From Mytilus trossulus (lineage: Eukaryota): a stretch of DNA of 64,000 nt. The stretch covers positions 91,181,630-91,245,629 of the forward strand of contig NC_086376.1 of NCBI RefSeq assembly GCF_036588685.1, given 5' to 3'. Position 1 is the first letter of the stretch; each line of letters starts with the position of its first letter. The translations under genes and the position numbers were made by a program. The notes below the pieces were generated by a model that was given only the letters and a program-made list of their open reading frames with translations, had not been told where the DNA came from and searched no databases. Shown here one piece after another: positions 1 through 13,420 of this stretch.

Positions 1-61
1 CAGTGTCAAAAAATCCTTAAGACAATCACATAAACTTATCCCTTCAATTTACAGAATTACT

Positions 62-980
62 AGAACGTCCTTTATTGTGATCATGAATAACAAATGTTGA
101 TGAAAGACATACTCAGGATCATGAATAACAAATGTTGATGAAAGACATACTCATGATCATGAATAACAAATGTTGATGTAAGACAGACTCATGATCTTAG
201 GTATAATGACAGAACGTATATTGTGATCATGAATAACAAATGTTGTTGAAAGACAGACTCATGATCTTAGGTCTAATGACATAACGTATATTGTGATCAT
301 GAATAACAAGTGTTGTTGAAAGACAGACTCATGATCTTAGGTCTAATGACAGAACGTATATTGTGATCATGAATAACAAGTGTTGTTGAAAGACAGACTC
401 ATGATCTTAGGTCTAATGACAGAACGTATATTGTGATCATGAATAACAAGTGTTGTTGAAAGACAGACTCATGATCTTAGGTCTAATGACATAACGTATA
501 TTGTGATCATGAATAACAAGTGTTGTTGAAAGACAGACTCATGATCTTAGGTCTAATGACAGAACGTATATTGTGATCATGAATAACAAGTGTTGTTGAA
601 AGACAGACTCATGATCTTAGGTCTAATGACAGAACGTATATTGTGATCATGAATAACAAGTGTTGTTGAAAGACAGACTCATGATCTTAGGTCTAATGAC
701 ATAACGTATCTTGTGATCATGAATAACAAATGTTGTTGAAAGACAGACTCATGATCTTAGGTATAATGACAGAACGTATATTGTGATCATGAATAACAAA
801 TGTTGATGAAAGACAGACTCATGATCTTAGGTATAATGACAGAACGTATATTGTGATCATGAATAACAAATGTTGATGAAAGACAGACTCACGATCTTAG
901 GTATAATGACAGAACGTATATTGTGATCATGAATAACAAGTGTTGTTGAAAGACAGACTCATGATCTTATGTCAAATGAC
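62..980. repeat. 70-bp minisatellite (~12 copies) preceded by two 38-bp sub-units
   Basis: GAATAACAA recurs at 85, 123 and 161, then every 70 bp (231 to 931). Confidence 0.95.
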
Positions 981-3900
981 AAAAAATGAGAAAAATGCTG
1001 AGTACCAAAGATAATTCAAGAACCATGAGGTCCTTTAACCTACATCATAGATATCCAACACAACTGACGTATAAAATAACATACAACGGATTTTTTTCGT
1101 ACTTATTGTACGCTGGATGAGCTCTTACATTTTGTACCTTTATTAAAAAACAATGGTAAATATTCATTATCATACGGATGAGGTACAAATAATAAGAATA
1201 TCACATGACATATTCAACTATTGTGATACAAATGTGTTGTTCAGTTCATTCTTTGAGTGTATGCGTTTTGATTACATATTTGTTTTGGAAGAGGGCGTAT
1301 TGAAATACATATTAAAGAGATTACATAAAAACATTTTATTCTAAAATAATTTTAAAAGAGTTTTTTTATATATCCTTTAGTCATCTTCTATATTATACGA
1401 AGGTACCGTAAAAACTTTACATCCTAATTTCGAAGACATTGAGTCATCAAGATTCTTATACTTATTAAAAATCTATTGAAGGAATATACTTTGATTGTTT
1501 TGTCAGTAACGTCAAATGTCAGTATACAAATAATTCCCTTTCAACATATATAAAACTATGAAAGTTTAGTCAGTACTCTTTGAGCAATGCAACTAGAGAG
1601 TACATCAAATCCTTTTTAAGAAGAGGCTACAACATTTCTAGAAAAAAATCAACATATTGCACTTCGTTTGAAACTGGAAAAAGGAAAATATTGCGTAAAA
1701 TGTGTTGTCAATGCGATAAATCGTATGACAAGTAATACAATAAATGTCTCTTAACTGTGGTCTTGTTAAATGTTCTGCGTTATATCGCTTTGATGGATTA
1801 GGACCTTTTCAATTGTTTTGTACCGTTACACACTTCACTACGGTTATGGGGGATATTGCGCTATCAAACGTATTTAACCCCGTCATATTCTTTATGTTTG
1901 TATAGTTTAAAGGATGTGACAGGTCCATTTCAGTCATATATATCGAATTGTTTTGTTATAAATTAATCTGTTAATTTTCTTTATTTTAATTGTTCGATAT
2001 CTTTCATGTCGGTATCTTTTATAGCCGACTTTATGATATGGGTATCTCTTCTAATTATTGAAGTCCTGTAGTTGTGTAAATTCACTTCATTTTAGCTTAG
2101 CTGTAAAGTTGTTTTATAAGTAATCATACCACATCTCCTCATTTTTATAAAATAAAATTGTGTATATTTGATATTGCCTGTAGACCATGAATTATCAAAT
2201 GTTACTTATACGCCAATTCCTGGAATCAGAGACAATTTTCAAGTACCCACAAAAAGCATGTATTGTTCGTACTGACCGCCAAAACAGTCAATCATTTGGT
2301 AGTGGTATCCTCTCTTTTTGACTGTCGTTTCCATTCGTATGATGCGTTCGGGCTTCTGGTTTTTCATTTGATAAGAAATCTTCCGTTTTGAGTTTTCCTT
2401 GGAGTTTGAAATTTTTTACTTTTACAGCGAGAAAATGTATTTTGGTCGAATCCATATAAAGGGGACTTTATTACAGTAATATAATATAAGATAATAAAGG
2501 TATGTATCATTTGTATACTCTTGCATCAAAAATGATACTCCATATATTGGCTGTATATACATGGTCAGATAAGGTGCAATACAGTTTCTATAGTTTTAGA
2601 CATATATGTATATAATATAACTATCAATCAGACAATCATGAAAATATATGCAATGAAATATATAAAATGAAATGTAAACATTCAACACGAAATTTTGGAA
2701 TTATACAAGAGGGTTTGAGTTTTAATATGTATAACGTTAAAGATTAATTTAGTCTGATCAGAGCAGATTGCTCAAAGAGGGACTAAAGATACCAAAGGGA
2801 CAGTCAAACTCATAAATCTAAAACAAACTGAAAAGCTAAGATTAATATTACATTATCATGATTATAATGTCATCCAACACATTTAAAACTAACTAACAAT
2901 CATTTTTTTTCTTTTTTTTTTGTATTAGTGTTGTTACACTTTTTAGGCGTATATATATATATATATATATATATAATCATGAAGAAATATATCAATATGA
3001 ATATACAAGTAGTTATAAACCATATTATATTTTAAGGATAGTTTGCATTGTAATGAGACAATACTCGTCTCTACATCACCCTAATTGGAAAAGTGGCGAT
3101 ACAAAATAAATACCGAACCATATAAAAAGTTTTTGGAATAAAGTGAATGAAACAATCAATCGCTTTTTAAACTTTCAGTTGTTTTAGATATATTATGGCG
3201 TATAATTTGTTAGCCCTCAAACATAGAATGGATGGCATTGATCTTAGAGATTTAATAAGCTGAAAGGGAAAAAATGTATCGAGCAGATTGATTTTAGCAT
3301 AAGGCAAACACAAGATCACTTCCCGTTTTGATGATATGTACTGTCCAATGGTACATGCCCTATAACTCATGCTTTATTTGGTAAATCTAAAGGATTCATA
3401 ATTATGATCACTTGAAAAAAAAGAACAAATAATGCTATTACAAGTATGAAAGGTTTTATGCAAACGGTGTCCAAGGAGTGTTGTACATAAAGTCACAGAC
3501 TAACGGACAGGTGCAATACGCAGATTTTCGATCTGCTTCTGTGCCACACCAACCAAAAAATATGTTAAGTAGAATAAAATTTATTACGAGACGACAAGAT
3601 AGGCGTTTAAAACAAAATTTCTAAGTACAGCTAATCATATTACTTGAAAGCTTGTGTTATGTTTTTTCTGTTCAAATTTGGCGATTACTCTCATAAAAAT
3701 TACTTAATCCGTAAAACAAATCGCTATTTCTATTACCGATAGTTTTTAAACTTTTATTTCAGGAAAGTTACTTTTTAGTATAAACGCACGTATGAATATT
3801 CATTGAAATATAAGAGTTTTTGCTTTTAATTGAATAGGAAAATACACCTGTGTGAGTCTGACGCTCTTTCCATAGTCTATCGTCTACAAGGAAGATCAAA

Positions 3901-4893
3901 TCCATGTATTCCAAACCCCAATAATGTATACTAAATTGGAACTTGACCAGCTCTAGGGCATAAAAGAGCCTAAAAAGAGTAGCAAAAATCCATCTAAAGA
4001 ATACTTTGCCTGAAGAATTTGAAACACAAGTGTCCTAATGACTTCTAAATTTATTAATTGTCTTTTCTCAACATTACGATTATTAAAATAGTTGTAATAA
4101 GCTGAAACTATCTACGTCAAGAATTTAATAATGCTAGTCTATTTAGGAGCAAAGAACTTCAATTCATACGTCATAGATTTTACATAGAATAGTCTGCATC
4201 AACCGCACAAACTTGTATAGATGCAAATTAAACTGTATACGTTTAGTTACATAGTGTGACAGTGACATAATACGATTTATACGGGGTAAGTGAATTCGAT
4301 ATGGGGTGAAAGCGAGGCAATTGAAACACCACGTGCTTTTCTGAGCAATGATTTTCGTCAAATGATAACTTTTTCTTTTCTTCTTGTATATTCTTTCTTC
4401 TTCATACCACACCTTCTTTTTATATTAAGTGCTCTTTGTACTTAAAATATGCTAGTATGTTTAATCTGTTCAAATAATACTAAAAAGGAATGAAAGACAA
4501 AAGGTTATTTTTTTATTCAGCAACTAGTGGGTAGACGTACATCATATAATGGGGAATTAAAAAATGTCTCGAATATTTCAGAAACACAATATCGGTCAGC
4601 TATTTTGTGCAGGATTGTTAAAACCACATCATAATTGATCCTATCTATTTATTGTGGTAAACTGACCTACTCTATTCCCTCTACTGCGGTAAACTGACCT
4701 TATAGAATAATTCATTGTAATGATTCTGATTATATATGAATGGTCGTGTAAAGGGCAAACTCGTGACATTTTTCTTTTGCATACCAGAATGGTATCATTA
4801 GAAACATTATTTAAAATTTATTGATATGTCACACGCATGTACGATCACATGTAAAAATTGACATGTGTGGCATTATTACACTAAACACCTTCA

Positions 4894-5360
4894 TAGATAT
4901 AAGAAGATGTGATATGAGTGCTAATAAGACAGCTCTTCGTCCATGTCAAAATGTGCAAAGGTAAACCATTATAAGTCAAAGTACATTCTTTAACACGAAG
5001 CCTTGGCTCACACCGAAAAGCAAGCTATAAAAGGCCCACAAAATGACTAGTGTTAACCAGTAAAACGGGGAAAAAACTAGAAACGTGAAACAGTAATGAA
5101 TAAAGGCATCAGTAGTACACCGCTGTTTAAAACTCGTAAATCGATGTGAAAAAAAAACAAAATCGGGGTAAACCGTTGGTTTTCCTGTTTGAATGGTTTA
5201 ACACTAGTAATTTTGGGGCCCTTTATAGTTTGTTGTTCGATGTGAGTCAAGGCTCCGTGTTGAAGGCCGTACATTGACCTATAATGGTATCCTTTTTTTA
5301 AATAGTTATTTAGATGGAAAGTTGTCTCATTGGCACTCACACCACATCTTCCTATATCTA
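4894..5360. mobile_element. Fold-back/MITE-like element with ~180-bp imperfect terminal inverted repeats
   Basis: TAGATATAAGAAGATGTGATATGAGTGC... at the left is the reverse complement of ...GCACTCACACCACATCTTCCTATATCTA at the right. Single arms recur at ~43210-43365, 53625-53720, 60100-60257 and 63140-63190. Confidence 0.7.
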
Positions 5361-5744
5361 CTACAAAATTAAAACGACAACATCATCAAACAACAATTAC
5401 TGAACATCAGGTTCCTGACTAAGAACATGTGCAAACAGGTGCCAACAAATTCAGTGGGTTTAAACGTTTTATAGGAACCAACCCCTCGCTTCCCGAAACA
5501 ATAGTTTAACATCACAACATAGAAAGACATACTATTGAATATCAGTTGTAATGGCTTAACTCAACCAAAAGACTTTAAAACACAAGTGAACATACAAAGA
5601 ACGAATAAATTTGATAAACAGTACGCCTCAAACATATCTTCTTCAAGCTTTTTTATTTATGTTATAGCAGCATACATCTAGATAAAACAAGGTAGATCAT
5701 AATTAATTATCAATTGCATAGTATCATGTTTACATGGAATGTGT

Positions 5745-6915
5745 GAATGTCTCGTTCTTCAACTTTGTACTTGTTTGGCTTTGTAATTATTTTGATATGA
5801 GCGATACTGATGAAGATTGTGTAGTCGAAATGCGCGTCTTACGTTCAAATTATAATCCTGGTACCTTAGATAACTATTTACACCACTGGGTCGATGCCAT
5901 TGCTGCAGGACGTTTCGTCACCGAGAGCATTACCAGCCCAGTAGTCAACACTTCGGTGTTGACATGAATATCAATAGTGTGGTAATTTTTATAAATTTCC
6001 TGTTTACAAAACTTTGAATTTTTTGAAAAACTAAGGATTTTCTTATCCCAGGCATACATTAGCCGTATTTAAAACAACTTTTGGAAATTTTGAATATACA
6101 ATGCTCTTTAACTTTGTACTTGTTTGGCTTTATAAATATTTTGATATGAGCCTCACTGATATGTCTTATGCCGGCGTCACACATTGGTGTATAAACCAGC
6201 ATACACCAAACATACATGAACAAATGACAAAGTGGGTATACGTTAGTTGCACGCCAGAGGAACGATAAGCAACCGTTAAACGTGCATTGCATAAGTTTGA
6301 AGTACGTAGAAATACAAAAGTATACGCTTGGTGAACGCTACAACTCGAGGAAATTTTTATGCAGCTAAAAAATTTCCTCCAGCTCAAGCGTGTGTCTATC
6401 ATATATCTCTACGCTACACGCACGTTATACATAAGCTACAAGCGTTTAACGAGCTACATAAAAGTTTAAGACACGTTTAGGGCACGTTGTATACGCTTCG
6501 AGATCGTTCGACTTTAACTTAAACGTATGCGGGTGTGTTTGTAACAAACACTTTATAATAAAATGTCCAAGATGCGACCCGGACGCGTCTTAAATACCTC
6601 CAAGAAACCTTTTAGCGTGCATTCAATCTACGTGAGACAAACGCCAGGCAAACGCAACCATACGTCTCTTAAGCGCCAGATAAACGCTTAGGTACGCTGA
6701 TCGTACGCCCAATACACCATAAAAGCTCGTTGTGCACACGTTACAGATATTGTTGACAGATTGAAGGCATCTATAATCACTAGCGTATTGGCAGCGTACA
6801 TGATTTTTAACACGCCCGGAGTACGTCGGAGTTATACGCTGATGTGTGACGCCAGTATTATATAGACGATCACGCGTCTGGAGTACTAAATTATAATCCT
6901 GGTACCTTTGGTGAC
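5745..6915 (-). repeat. Dispersed repeat family A (CGCCAGACGCGCGTTTCGTCTACA core), head-to-tail units, interrupted by a MITE
   Basis: The same sequence occurs at ~9950-10410, 13825-14100, 14838-15020, 34770-34965 and 45960-46270, with fragments at 18265, 20470, 28990, 33525, 42280 and 47580. Confidence 0.8.
6169..6857. mobile_element. PIF/Harbinger-like MITE (689 bp)
   Basis: TIRs TGCCGGCGTCACACATTGGTGTATAA / TTATACGCTGATGTGTGACGCCAGTA. TTA TSD at 6166-6168 and 6858-6860. Splits a family A copy. Confidence 0.8.
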
Positions 6916-7339
6916 TATCAGTATCCATAATCACATTAGCAATCAACACTTCACAAGTTTAAAATTACTATCGCCATCACGAATTGGTTGATAAATATGA
7001 TGCGTTGGTTTATTAAATAAAGATATTTAGATGTCTTACATGCAGAGAACAATTATTTCTGTTTCATCTTACACAGGTACCCACTAAAGCTTAAAAAATT
7101 CTTACAACGTCTGAGAGTAGTTTCACAAAACGGACAAAATCATTTAAAGTTATATGTCATTCTTAAAATTTAACAAAAAAGATAAATATGTGTCATGTAG
7201 CTGAATAACTTATTTTCATTATTACACTCATGTTCAACTACAGATGGGGGAGCATTTATTTATCGATTCTGAAAGAAATCTTCAGAGCAAAGATTTGAAC
7301 GCACGAAATAAAATTGATATTAATTTGATAACACAATAT

Positions 7340-7640
7340 TGGCTGCTGTACCCCAATTTTTTTACATTTTTCCTCTTTGAGTATGTTTGTTTTGTTCATG
7401 CATCGTTGACAATGTAATGGAATATTATGCGAATGTCATACAAGTGAGAGGGTTAGCTAGCTATAAAACCAGGTTCAATCCACCATTTTCTACATTAGAA
7501 AATGCCTGTACCAAGTCAGGAATATGACAGTTGTTATCCATTCGTTTGATGTATTTGGACTCTTGATTTTGCCTTTTGATTTTGAATTTTCCTTTTTGAA
7601 TTTTCCTCAGAGTTTAGTAATTTTTTGTTTTTACTTTTTA
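7340..7640 (+). repeat. Dispersed repeat family B (AAATGCCTGTACCAAGTCAGGAATATGACAGTTGTTATCCATTCG...GGAGTTCAGTATTTTTGTGATTTTACTTTT)
   Basis: Further copies at ~28070-28550 (+), 33075-33480 (-), 39680-39960 (-), 40200-40315 (-), 44190-44395 (+), 49260-49385 (+) and 50190-50400 (+), with tails at 2320-2420 and 38410-38470. Confidence 0.8.
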
Positions 7641-9949
7641 TAGAACTATAAGGTTTTCATTAGGAAGAGAGTGTGACCATGGACGAGTAGAAAATATAAA
7701 AAAAAAGATACACATCACTCCATCAATTGTTTATTGTGTATTTGTGTATTGTGTAACAATTTATCAGTAATCATCTGCTCCATAACCCAAGAGATACTAA
7801 ACAGCTATTGTGTTATGTTTCAACAATTAATTAAGAATTTCTTGTTGTTGATTATACATTAAGTAATCGACATAAATGTTAAAAAACATGCTCAGACGAA
7901 AAGTGTAGAATATGTGCATGATGAACATGTTTAACCCCGCCGCAATGTTGCGCCTGTCCCAAGTCAGAAGCCTCTGGCCTTTGTTAGTTTTGTATGATTT
8001 TTAATTATAGTTTCTTGTGTAGAATTTAGATAAGTGCGACGTCCATTATCACTGTACTTATAAACATATTTTTTAAGGGTCCAGCTTAAGGACACCTACA
8101 GGTGCAGGAGTTTCTCGCTACATTGAAGACCCATTTGTGGCCTTTGGCTGGTGTCTGCTCTGTGGTCGGGTTGTTGTCGCTTTGACACATTCCCCATTTC
8201 CTTTCTCAATTTTATGCTTTGATTAAAAAAATCCTGAAAAATAATATCATCAGAAATTAGTTTACATGACTTTAAGCACAATAAGAGTTGTTTGATAAAA
8301 AATATTCACACATTATGCTCTTTTCTCAACAGTCGGGATAATTCTCAATTGTACAGATGCAATCAGTGAAGTCGAATTTCATTAAAGGACAAAATAATGG
8401 CAATTTGGATTTTGTATCCTGTTACAATACCTTTTCCTGTACCACTGTAACTCCAACCGTACTCTAACATATCTTCTTATCCAATAACAAACCAAGATTG
8501 TTATCACTATTTCTATGATTGTCTTCATGAGTTTATCAATGAATAGAAAGTACTAACATAATCTTATATTACAGTTTTATCAATGAAGATACACAAAAAT
8601 TTGGAATTAATGACCTGACTTCTAATTCTGTTTACAATTTAATGTATGGCTTCTCATGTCTGTTATTGTACAATACGGATATAGGATTGTTCGTATGGTA
8701 TCGATTTCACGTTCTTAAGGTGTGACATACTTAAAAGCTTGGAACTAAAATATTGCCTCCATAATAATTATTTAAAGCAAATAAGTATCCATTTTCTATA
8801 AGTTCATTCTGAATTTGATTTAAAAAAAAAAGCTGTGCTACATTCGTCAATGGGGGAAGTCAAATCTAAAAAGAACATATAGCAGACTCATTTCTAAAAT
8901 GAAAAGACCAAAATAGAAACATAGTGACTGAAATGATTGTTCTTGACACAACATTCCCAATTAACAGTTACACACCACTTATTCAAAAACTATTTGCTAA
9001 ATGCAATCTTGTACTTTCAGTAAAATCTTATTTTAAAAATTAGACATGGTCACCTTAATGACAGGTATTTCAAGATGGTGATGACGATGTTATCACTTGC
9101 ATTACCATTGATTTTGCATTGGAAATGTGATGTTAGAAGAATGCCCTTTTTTAAGTAATATAAGTTCTTTAGTAAACCCTCGGTACAAGTAAATCATATA
9201 ATCACAAAACAGTCGTAACAGTTTGAAAAATATATAAAAAAAATACAGTTACTAAGGAAAAATTATCGACCATAATGTTACGGGATGATACACAAAACAA
9301 ATCAATTAAAATAAAATAGAACACAAGACTTACTGAAAACCAAACAACGGCAACAAAAACCGCTTCGAAGTAGAATTAGCGGAAACTCCGATAAAACGAA
9401 AGGTCAAGTTGTTACTACTAATCTAATGACAACCGTTCTGATGCTCATAACCAGTTAAAGATCGATAAGAAGTCACGATTAGCTATGTCACAATCAAAAG
9501 AAAGAAAACGGGATAATGTATAGCAACGACAAGTGGAACAACATACATATCTATGACAAATGTTCTATAAAGGTCAACACAATACATATATTTAAAAACG
9601 TTCTGAAATTTTACGAATGGTTAACTCGATGTTAATGTTAATAATCTTTGGTTTAAGTAACACTTGATACCACAATATGATTTACAAGTTTAAACATGTC
9701 CGCCTTGACAGGAACATCATTCTTAACCATACTGTTGTTTTTATACTGGTGTTTTTATTTTTTTATAAGAATGTTGTGATATTGGTAAAATTTAATGAAG
9801 TAGCTCATAAACTCATTCCTTTTCAAAGTGTATAAACTCCTCATAGAAATCAGGATTACAGACGCGTTAAAGAATATGATGAGTTAACACCATATTAAGC
9901 AACATAAGCTCTCAAGTGACTATAAAGATGAAGTAAGATAGTAAAAAAA

Positions 9950-10410
9950 TTATCAAATGTACAAGGATTATAATTTAATACGCCAGACGTGCGTTTCGTC
10001 TACATAAGTCTCATCAGTGATGCCGATCAAAAACAGTTATAAAGCCAAACTAGAACAAAGTTAAAGAGCATTGAGAACCCAAAATACCAATAAGGCTAAG
10101 GTTATCTATTCTTGGGATAAGAAAATCCTTAGTTTTTCGAAAAATTCAAAGTTTTGTAAACAGGAAATTTATAAAAACGACCATATAATTGATATTCATG
10201 TCAGCACCGAATTACTGACTACTGGGCTGGTGAAACCCTCGAGGACGAAACATCCATCATCAGTGGCATCAACCCAGTGGTGTAAAAAGTTATCAAAGGT
10301 ACCAGAATTATAATTTGGACGCCAGACGCACGTTTTCTCTACATAAGACTCATCAGGGACGCTCAGATCAAAAAAGTTATAAAGTCAAACAAGTACAAAG
10401 TTGAAGAGCA
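9950..10410 (+). repeat. Family A copy (one full unit plus a partial unit in tandem)
   Basis: TATCAAA.GTAC.AG.ATTATAATTT...CGCCAGACG occurs at ~9950 and again at ~10290. Confidence 0.8.
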
Positions 10411-12416
10411 CCAGATTCTGCATATCAGTCAACATTTGACATTCCTGACTTAGGACAGACACATGAGCAATTAGAAGTTACTTATGTTCCCGTCCTTTTT
10501 CCTGTGATTAATACATAGTGTAAATCATATCTATTCTTTTGTCGGGAATTTATTGTTTTATTCTGACTAACAATGATTTTCTTTTCACCTTTTTCTATCT
10601 TTTTAGGTTTCTATAGTATCCTGATATGTCTTTAAAAGTTCGATTCACCCAATAATATCAAAGGTTTCTTTCTAAAAGTTTGCAATACATGAGTACTGTT
10701 GGAAACAACATATAGTTATATCATTGATGTTATAAGTTTTTGTTGTGGTGGGATGGTTGTTCAAAGTCTTAATATGCATGAAATGATATATGCTTTTTCT
10801 TCGGTTTATCTGTCTGTTAACTTAAGTCTATTTTTTCTTCTGGAAATGACATTAATTTGCAAACTTAAGTAAAAAAACGAATGAAATATTAACCCAACGT
10901 AATGTATGATCACAATATATTTAGATTATTATAAGGAAGAGTATGAAAATTATGAAATGTGGTAATATAGCCATAAGACAAATTCGCCAAGGAACGAATG
11001 ACAAGAATATGAACAAATATAGTCATCTTGTGGCCTTGCATAATGAACAAAACCAAAACAGGTATCGTTAACTATAGAGGGCACTAGTATTTCATAATGT
11101 GCATATGTAGGTGTAGTGTTTTTAAAACAAAGATTCAGAAGTGTATCAACTGTCATCAAGCATTCTGACAGTGTAACATTAAGAATAGATGTAGGTGAGC
11201 TATGAAGACTTCAGGGGCTATATTATAATAAATACCAATCCCATCCTTTTAAAAAGCTATAACAATTTATAAAACAATAATTATTGCGTGGCATTTTACC
11301 AACCCAAGTGTAGGACGATTGTTATTGCTGATATTATCAAATCAACTTTAAAATTCTATATATTATTAATTTCACTATAAAGATGATGATTTATTATACA
11401 TTTGATCTTCTGATCCTATGACGACATTATGAAATGGACGTCATATCAACTATAGATTGTTGCAATGACTTCTTGCACGTTTAACTGAAGATAGTAAAAC
11501 ATTCTAAAGTTAGATATTATAACACGATTCTTAATTCCCAAATGAATACATAATATAAACGATTGATATTATGTACATTGCTATTCCTGATGTTATCAAA
11601 TATTTTAATAGTCTTTGTTTATTTATTACATCACGATATTGAGCGATACAATATCTTTATAATTCACAAATGACAACGTTTAAATCTATATTTAGAATGA
11701 ATGAAAAGTTCTACGCTACAAAATCTATACAAGACTGTTGATGTCGGAATTGATTTTGTAATAAATTGACAAAATCCATTCATGATTTTACTAAAATAAT
11801 CCCACCCCCTCTTATTGATTGCATTTCCAAATATGGTAAACAAGATGAATGAAATGAACGAAAACGCAGTACGATGTTGACGTGGAAGAATCTAGAAAGC
11901 TTCCCAAAAGGCGATAAAAGAATCCGGAATAGACCATTGAGGGGGCGACTAAATTATTAAAATACAAATACTACGCAAGTTTACACACGAAACAATATTC
12001 TGAAAACAGTTATGGTGTATTTTGAACACAGAAATTATTTGCCTCTGTATCCTGTGACATTTCGAACATGATGAGGACCAGTCTCTCTTACGTCATAGAT
12101 ACTTTATCCCAGGGTTTTTCGCTGAGACAAAGAATTCTACTAATATTAGAGTGTAGAGTCCTCTGGCTCGACGAGAAAAAGCCAAAGGGAAATTAACCTC
12201 TGCTAAAATGGCTACCAGTGTCAGGAAATTGAGCAATAACTTAAACTCAATCGGTTACTAGCATATGGAGAAAATTATCTATCGATGGAATCAGTTCAAA
12301 TAGTAAGTCCTTACATATATACAACTCTTTATGAAATATTTCTAAGTTAAAAGGCGTGTTAATTAGACTGTTCAATCAGTAGTTGTACCACATCATAACA
12401 TAACTAGTATTATATA

Positions 12417-12587
12417 NNNNNNNNNNNNNNNNNNNNNNNNNNNNNNNNNNNNNNNNNNNNNNNNNNNNNNNNNNNNNNNNNNNNNNNNNNNNNNNNNNNN
12501 NNNNNNNNNNNNNNNNNNNNNNNNNNNNNNNNNNNNNNNNNNNNNNNNNNNNNNNNNNNNNNNNNNNNNNNNNNNNNNNNNNNNNNN
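12417..12587. other. Assembly gap
   Basis: Run of N. Confidence 1.
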
Positions 12588-12589
12588 AA

Positions 12590-13122
12590 TTTTTCCCAAA
12601 GAAAAAAAAAGCACTAGTGCAATAAATCATCAAAATTCATGACGTCATCAACAACAAAATCTTAGTTTAAACCAGTTTATACTTTCAAATATTATATTGC
12701 TAAACAATAAAAGGGTTATTGCATGAATATTGGGGAATATTGTCCCTCGTAGAACATATATTGTACTCGCAAGCTCGTGCAATATTAAATTCTACTCTGG
12801 ACAATATTCCCCAATATTCATGCAATAAACCTATATTATTGTATAGCAATATAATATTTCCCACAGAAAGTAACCAAAAGTTAGCATGCAATAAATTCTA
12901 ATATTGCACTAGTGCAATAAATCTTCAAAATTCATGACGTCATCAACGATAAAATCTTAGTTTAAACCAAATATTATATTGCTATACAATAAAAGGATTA
13001 TTGCATGAATATTGGGGAATATTATCCCTCGTAGAACATATATTGCACTCGCAAGCTCGTGCAATATAAGATTCTACTCGGGACAATATTCCCCAATATT
13101 CATGCAATAACCCTATATTATA
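12590..13122. repeat. Tandem ~285-295-bp units, each containing a ~125-bp hairpin (MITE-derived array), bounded by gaps
   Basis: GGGTTATTGCATGAATATTGGGGAATATTGTCC...GGACAATATTCCCCAATATTCATGCAATAA(A)CC occurs at ~12713-12832 and ~12995-13113. GCACTAGTGCAATAAAT recurs at 12611 and 12906. Confidence 0.85.
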
Positions 13123-13133
13123 CTTTTATCATT

Positions 13134-13420
13134 NNNNNNNNNNNNNNNNNNNNNNNNNNNNNNNNNNNNNNNNNNNNNNNNNNNNNNNNNNNNNNNNNNN
13201 NNNNNNNNNNNNNNNNNNNNNNNNNNNNNNNNNNNNNNNNNNNNNNNNNNNNNNNNNNNNNNNNNNNNNNNNNNNNNNNNNNNNNNNNNNNNNNNNNNNN
13301 NNNNNNNNNNNNNNNNNNNNNNNNNNNNNNNNNNNNNNNNNNNNNNNNNNNNNNNNNNNNNNNNNNNNNNNNNNNNNNNNNNNNNNNNNNNNNNNNNNNN
13401 NNNNNNNNNNNNNNNNNNNN
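13134..13420. other. Assembly gap
   Basis: Run of N. Confidence 1.

Noticed and set aside
62-980. Regular repeats resembling a CRISPR array (also 21285-23985 and 58628-59221)
   Set aside because: There are no unique spacers or cas genes and the context is eukaryotic; these are plain tandem repeats.
1153-11159. Numerous 60-110-aa ORFs here and elsewhere in the track
   Set aside because: No recognisable domains; many overlap dispersed repeats or MITEs and are of a size expected by chance.
11800-12320. Promoter or first-exon-like patch (CRE-like TTACGTCA, AAAATGGCT, GTAAGT)
   Set aside because: The ORF stops after 17 codons and I could not identify downstream exons.
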